Program-made: the position numbers and the translations under genes
Shown here: positions 59,401-64,000 of the stretch, piece by piece
How the letters are laid out: each line of letters opens with the position of its first letter
How positions within the stretch are numbered: position 1 is the first letter of the stretch
The notes under the pieces: generated by a model
What the model saw: the letters and a program-made list of their open reading frames with translations, nothing else
What the model was told of the DNA's origin: nothing
Database searches by the model: none
Source: Alphaproteobacteria bacterium
GTDB taxonomy: Bacteria > Pseudomonadota > Alphaproteobacteria > MPNO01 > UBA830
Direction of reading: 5' to 3'
DNA: 64,000 nt
NCBI GenBank assembly: GCA_965243135.1
Contig: OZ251539.1
Location: 2,464,001 to 2,528,000, forward strand

Positions 59401-60063
59401 ATGTATAGTATCCTGACTAGGCCTGTCCTCCGTCAAAGCGCCCCGCGGCTTCGCCTAGCGTTCGCCGCGTGTCTCGCGGCCCTCGCCACCGGTTGCGCGG
59501 CGCCGGTCCCGACGGGCCAGAGCGACATCTGCTCGGTCTTCGAACAGTTTCCGGACTGGTATGACTATGCGCGCGCCTCCGAGTCGCGCTGGGGCACGCC
59601 GATCCACATTCAGATGGCCTTCGTCCGCCACGAATCGAGCTATCGCAGCCACGCCCGGCCGCCGCGGAAATGGTTCCTCTCCATCATTCCTCTCGGCCGC
59701 CCGTCTTCGGCCAAGGGCTATGCGCAAGCCCAGGATCCCGTCTGGCGCGAGTACGAGAGAGAGCGCGGCAGCCTGTTTCGAAGCCGGTCGGACATGGAAG
59801 ACGCGCTCGACTTCATCGGCTGGTACAACTACAAGACTTGGCGCGCTCTGAAGATCCCGCGAAACGACGCGCACCGGCTTTACCTTGCCTATCACGAGGG
59901 ACGCGGCGGATACCGGCGCGGCAGCTGGAAGAAGAAGCCCGGAGTCCAGCGAACGGCGAATAAGGTCGTCGCAACGGCGCGGCGGTACAAGTCGCAACTC
60001 GAACAGTGCGAGAAGAGGTTCCGGTGCGATTCCTGGTATCAGGTTTGGCCGCTCTGCCGTTGA
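59401..60063 (+). CDS. Transglycosylase SLT-domain lipoprotein
   Basis: Lipobox ATGC; HESSYRSHARPP, SSAKGYAQA, DALDFIGWY, YLAYHEG. Confidence 0.85.
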   Translation: MYSILTRPVLRQSAPRLRLAFAACLAALATGCAAPVPTGQSDICSVFEQFPDWYDYARASESRWGTPIHIQMAFVRHESSYRSHARPPRKWFLSIIPLGRPSSAKGYAQAQDPVWREYERERGSLFRSRSDMEDALDFIGWYNYKTWRALKIPRNDAHRLYLAYHEGRGGYRRGSWKKKPGVQRTANKVVATARRYKSQLEQCEKRFRCDSWYQVWPLCR

Positions 60064-60157
60064 TCTCCTGACGGGCTCGCGCCCTGCGGCGCTCTCCCGC
60101 CTCCGGAAGAAAGGGAGTCGCGCTGTCCGACGGCGGCTCCGCCGCCGTTGTCCGCGG

Positions 60158-62524
60158 TCATTTGCCGCTAGGCAGCTTTCCCAACGCCTCCAATACGCTT
60201 TCGGGCGCAAAAGGCTGGCGCGTCACCTGTGCGCCGAGCGGTCTGAGAGCGTCGTTCACCGCGCACCACAAGGCGGCGATCGCGCCGATCGTGCCGGATT
60301 CTCCGATGCCGTTGGCCCCGAGTTCGGTCTGCCCGACAGGCGTCTCGACATGGGCGATTTTTATATCGGGCATTTCCCCCGCCATCGGCAGAAGGTAATC
60401 GGCCAGAGTTCCGTTCCGGATCTGGCCGGTCTCGTCGTAGATCAGATGCTCGTAAAGCGCGTTGCCGATGCCCTGGACGATTCCGCCGCGAAGCTGTTCG
60501 TCCACCAACAAGGGGTTGACGACTCGCCCGCAGTCGTCGGCGACCCACCATCCGAGCAGCCTGACGAAGCCGGTATCCTGGTCGACTTCCACGTGCGCGC
60601 CCTGCACCCCGTTGGCGACGTAATAGGGCGTCTCCGATGCGTGATGACGGGTCACCATCAGTTCCGGCTGGACGCCGGGAGCGAGCAAGTCCTGCCGGAA
60701 ATAGCCGATCGCGGCAAGTTCGGACAGGCCCATCCGCGCTCGTCCGGTCGCCGCGTCGCGGATCTCCCCGCCTTCGATCGCCAGGGCCTCGGGCGTGGTC
60801 TGGAGGATCGACGAGGCGAGTTCGAGGATGTTGGCGCGCAGCGCCTTGCCCGCCTGAAGAGCCGCCTCGCCGCCCATCGCCATGCCCCGCGACGCCCATG
60901 CGCCGCCGCCGTACGGAGTGACGGCGCTGTCGCCGGCGATGACGTCGATTTGGTCCATGCCCACGCCGACCTGTTCGGCGACGATCTGCGCTATCCCGGC
61001 GAGCGTGCCCTGTCCCTGGTCCGTAACGCTGGTCAGGCAGCGAACCGCGCCCGAAGGCTCGAGCTTGACGGTGCATCCGTCCTGGGTGGAAACCCTCGCG
61101 CCGGAAGGGCCGTAATACGACGCTCCGAAGGCCGCCGCCTCGACGAAGGCGGCGACGCCGAGGCCGCGCCGGACGCCCGCTTTCCGCAACCCGGCCTGTT
61201 CCGCGCGCAGCCCTTCGTAGTCCATGAGTTCGACGCAGGCGTCGAGGCACTGGCGCAGCGACAGGCGAGCCGCCTGGTAGCCGCCGACCGTGGTCAGCGG
61301 ATAGTCCTCGTCGGCATGAAAGTTGCGGCGGCGGAACTCCACCGGGTCGACGTTCGCGCGGGCGGCGGCCTGGTCGACCAGAACCTCGGTGACGGCGCAG
61401 CCGACGGGAACGCCCACGCCGCGGAACATGCCGACGACGCCCTTGTTGACGTACGCGACGCGGGTGCGGGCGCGGTAGTTTTCGAAACTGTAGGGCGCGG
61501 CCGCGCAGGTGATCGCCATCATGCCTTCCGCCAGTCCGAACCGGATGTAGGCGGTGTACGGCCCCACGGAGAGCGCGTCGTCGAAATCCATCGCCACGAT
61601 GCGGCCAGCGGAATCGACGCCCATGCGCGCCGTCGCCACGTGATCCCTGGTCTGGCAGTCGGCGGCGAACGATTCGAGTCGGTCGGCGGCGTACTTGACC
61701 GCGCCGCCGATAAGCTTCGCTATGGCGGCGACGGCGAGCTCTTCGCCGTGAACGTTGATCTTGAGCCCGAAGCCTCCGCCGACGTCGGGAGTTATCACGC
61801 GCACCTTATGCTCGGGAATATCGAGATGGCGGGAATAGACGTCCTGCATCTGAAACGGCGACTGGTGCGACTGATGGACCGTCAGCCTCTCCTCGACCGG
61901 ATCCCACGCGGCGACGATCGCGCGGCCTTCCAGCGTCACCGCCGTGTGGCGGCCGAATTCGAACCGGTGTTCGACGACATGAGCGGCGCCGGCGAGAGCG
62001 GCCTCCGCGTCGCCATTGTCGATTTCGTGCCTGAAACACTGGTTGTCGCCCAACTCGGGATGGATGACCGGGCCGCCCGGAGCGAGAGCGGCCTCGGTGT
62101 CGGTCACGGCCGGAAGCTCTCGCCACGTCACGCTCACCAGTTCCGCCGCGTCCTCGGCCTCGGCGCGGGTGGCGGCGACCACGGCGGCGACGGGTTCGCC
62201 CTGGTAGCACGCCCGTTCGACCGCCAACGCGTGCTGAACCGCGGACTTGTGGCCGGGACGGTGCGCCGCCACGGAATGCATCGGCTTGCAGGCCCGGGAG
62301 ATTTCGGCGCCCGTGAAGACGCGCGCCACGCCCGGCGCCGCGGACGCTTCCGCGCAATCGATCTTCTCGATCGCGGCGTGGCCATGCGGACTGCGCGCGA
62401 AAGCGACGTGAAGCATCCGCGGCATCCGGATATCGTCCGTGTAGCGTCCGGCGCCGTGAATGAGGCGTCTGACTTCAGGGCGCGGCACCCGTTTGCCGAT
62501 CAACGAACCCGCTTCGGAGGTCAC
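60158..62524 (-). CDS. Xanthine dehydrogenase family Mo subunit
   Basis: LIGKRVPRP, GGGFGLK, MFRGVGVP, DQGQG, DDCGRVVNP, GANGIGESG; GTG start 62524. Confidence 0.92.
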   Translation of the reverse strand: MTSEAGSLIGKRVPRPEVRRLIHGAGRYTDDIRMPRMLHVAFARSPHGHAAIEKIDCAEASAAPGVARVFTGAEISRACKPMHSVAAHRPGHKSAVQHALAVERACYQGEPVAAVVAATRAEAEDAAELVSVTWRELPAVTDTEAALAPGGPVIHPELGDNQCFRHEIDNGDAEAALAGAAHVVEHRFEFGRHTAVTLEGRAIVAAWDPVEERLTVHQSHQSPFQMQDVYSRHLDIPEHKVRVITPDVGGGFGLKINVHGEELAVAAIAKLIGGAVKYAADRLESFAADCQTRDHVATARMGVDSAGRIVAMDFDDALSVGPYTAYIRFGLAEGMMAITCAAAPYSFENYRARTRVAYVNKGVVGMFRGVGVPVGCAVTEVLVDQAAARANVDPVEFRRRNFHADEDYPLTTVGGYQAARLSLRQCLDACVELMDYEGLRAEQAGLRKAGVRRGLGVAAFVEAAAFGASYYGPSGARVSTQDGCTVKLEPSGAVRCLTSVTDQGQGTLAGIAQIVAEQVGVGMDQIDVIAGDSAVTPYGGGAWASRGMAMGGEAALQAGKALRANILELASSILQTTPEALAIEGGEIRDAATGRARMGLSELAAIGYFRQDLLAPGVQPELMVTRHHASETPYYVANGVQGAHVEVDQDTGFVRLLGWWVADDCGRVVNPLLVDEQLRGGIVQGIGNALYEHLIYDETGQIRNGTLADYLLPMAGEMPDIKIAHVETPVGQTELGANGIGESGTIGAIAALWCAVNDALRPLGAQVTRQPFAPESVLEALGKLPSGK

Positions 62525-63012
62525 GGCGCCGACCTCGCCCTGGCGACGCTTTCGATCGCGTCGACGATCGCCTGATAGCCGGTGCATCGGCACAGGTTCC
62601 CGGAAATGTGCTCGCGGATCTCGGTCCGGTCAGGCACGCGGCGCGTCGCCAGCAATTCCGCCGCCGCGACCGCCATGCCGGGGGTGCAAAATCCGCACTG
62701 GGCGGCGTTTCTGATCTCGAATTCATGCAGGAGATCGGCGATCTCGCCCGATCGCGACAATCCCTCGATGGTTACGACCTCGGCGCCGTCGGCCTGCGCC
62801 GCGAGCATCAGGCAGCCGCGCACGGCCGCGCCGTCCACCCGAACCGTGCAGGCGCCGCACACGCCGTGCTCGCAGGCGAGGTGGGAACCGGTGAGATCGA
62901 GATCGAGACGCAGAAAATCCACGAGATGACGGCGTACGGGAGTCGACCGGGTGAAGGTCTCGCCGTTTACCTTGAGAGTGATGCGCACGGTTTCTTCAAC
63001 CATGGCAGCCAT
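62521..63012 (-). CDS. (2Fe-2S)-binding subunit (CoxS-like)
   Basis: ACEHGVCGAC, QCGFCTPG, NLCRCTGY. Confidence 0.95.
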   Translation of the reverse strand: MAAMVEETVRITLKVNGETFTRSTPVRRHLVDFLRLDLDLTGSHLACEHGVCGACTVRVDGAAVRGCLMLAAQADGAEVVTIEGLSRSGEIADLLHEFEIRNAAQCGFCTPGMAVAAAELLATRRVPDRTEIREHISGNLCRCTGYQAIVDAIESVARARSAP

Positions 63013-63350
63013 TCTCGCATCGCCAGCGCGTCAAGAAAAGCGCATTCCGGCGCCGACTTCTCGCTCCCTGTCGACTTCGTGGTCCACCCCCGCCGCTCGA
63101 GAATCTGCAGTCGGGTTCGGAGGCAGGCCATGCGACGAACTTCCGCCGTCGTTCTGCAGGCGAGGGTTTCCGATCGTCGACGAGCCGCGCCCGCGGGAGC
63201 GTTTTCGCGGACCGGCCGCCGCGACGCCGTTCGAGTCGTCGAAAGGGTCTCGGCAAGAGCGCCGCCTTCGAACTTCGGGTATCCTCTCGCGACGGAAACG
63301 CATCGACCGATTCGTGAATTCATCAGCAAGAATTCGGACAGGAGCGAACC

Positions 63351-63809
63351 ATGACGAAATCAAGACTCTGCCGTTTGCCGATCGCGCTGGCCGCCGCCGT
63401 CGCGCTGACGACCGGATTCGCGGCCGCCCAGCAAGGCGACGGCGCGCCCGAAGGCGAAAGGCAGACGCCGCGCACGTTCACCATTCTCGATGCCGACGGC
63501 AACGACAAGGTGACCCTCGACGAAATCTTCGCGGAGCAGAAACGCCTGATTTCGGCCTCCGATCTGGACGGGGACGGCAAGCTCTCCGTGATGGAATTCC
63601 GTCGACGCGGCTGGTGGTTCCAAAGGCTTCGGACGACCACGCTCTTCGATCTCATGGACGCGAACGGCGACTTGTCGCTGACCGCCGACGAAATCGCCGC
63701 GCCGTCCGCCCGTTGGTTCAAGCGGTACGACGCCGACGCGGACGGCAACGTCACGGTCGAGGAGCTCCCGAAGCGGAAACGCGGAAAGCGGCGCAGAAAC
63801 TGGCGTTGA
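63351..63809 (+). CDS. Secreted EF-hand domain protein
   Basis: Signal peptide; four DxDxD loops (DADGNDKVTLDE, DLDGDGKLSVME, DANGDLSLTADE, DADADGNVTVEE). Confidence 0.88.
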   Translation: MTKSRLCRLPIALAAAVALTTGFAAAQQGDGAPEGERQTPRTFTILDADGNDKVTLDEIFAEQKRLISASDLDGDGKLSVMEFRRRGWWFQRLRTTTLFDLMDANGDLSLTADEIAAPSARWFKRYDADADGNVTVEELPKRKRGKRRRNWR

Positions 63810-63830
63810 CAGCTGGCGCGCGCGGGCGCA

Positions 63831-64000
63831 ATGCAGGCATCCGAAGAACGGACGCTCATCGACCGGGCGGCGGCCGGGGACGGCGCGGCATGGACCCGCC
63901 TCGTCGATCTGCACCTGTCGCCGCTGGTCGCGTTCGCCTGGTATCGCCTCGGCGACCATGGAGAAGCCGAGGACGTGGCGCAGGAAACCATGCTCCGTTT
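63831..64000 (+). CDS. ECF sigma factor, 5' part (runs off the window)
   Basis: Manual translation MQASEERTLIDRAAAGDGAAWTRLVDLHLSPLVAFAWYRLGDHGEAEDVAQETMLR (region 2). Confidence 0.85.
   Translation, partial: MQASEERTLIDRAAAGDGAAWTRLVDLHLSPLVAFAWYRLGDHGEAEDVAQETMLR

Overview
High-GC bacterial window, most likely an alphaproteobacterium (inferred from gene content). The backbone is dense catabolic and housekeeping DNA: crotonases, a TRAP transporter, MFS and TauE exporters, a CoA transferase and ligase, four xanthine-dehydrogenase-family Mo subunits, a metF/core-MetE/rhodanese operon and hpnC. Several accessory patches interrupt it: (i) 17.9-21 kb, an uncharacterised gene coupled to a ThsB-like TIR gene, an AbiEi-like gene, a decayed AbiEii gene and an ISNCY relic; (ii) a FitAB/VapBC pair; (iii) an ABC-ATPase + DUF4276-like pair; (iv) a 42.7-52.3 kb mosaic of decayed mobile and defence DNA. 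The most striking observation is at 46624-46773: three identical 28-bp repeats separated by two unique 33-bp spacers (61-bp period, type I-E geometry) inside the coding sequence of a PHP-domain gene. The repeat is itself in-frame coding sequence (PHSPRAGIG), and removing the two repeat-spacer units restores the reading frame. This looks like a natural CRISPR array born by off-target Cas1-Cas2 integration into a gene. No cas, rRNA or tRNA genes were seen. All family calls come from motif recognition by eye, not from database searches.
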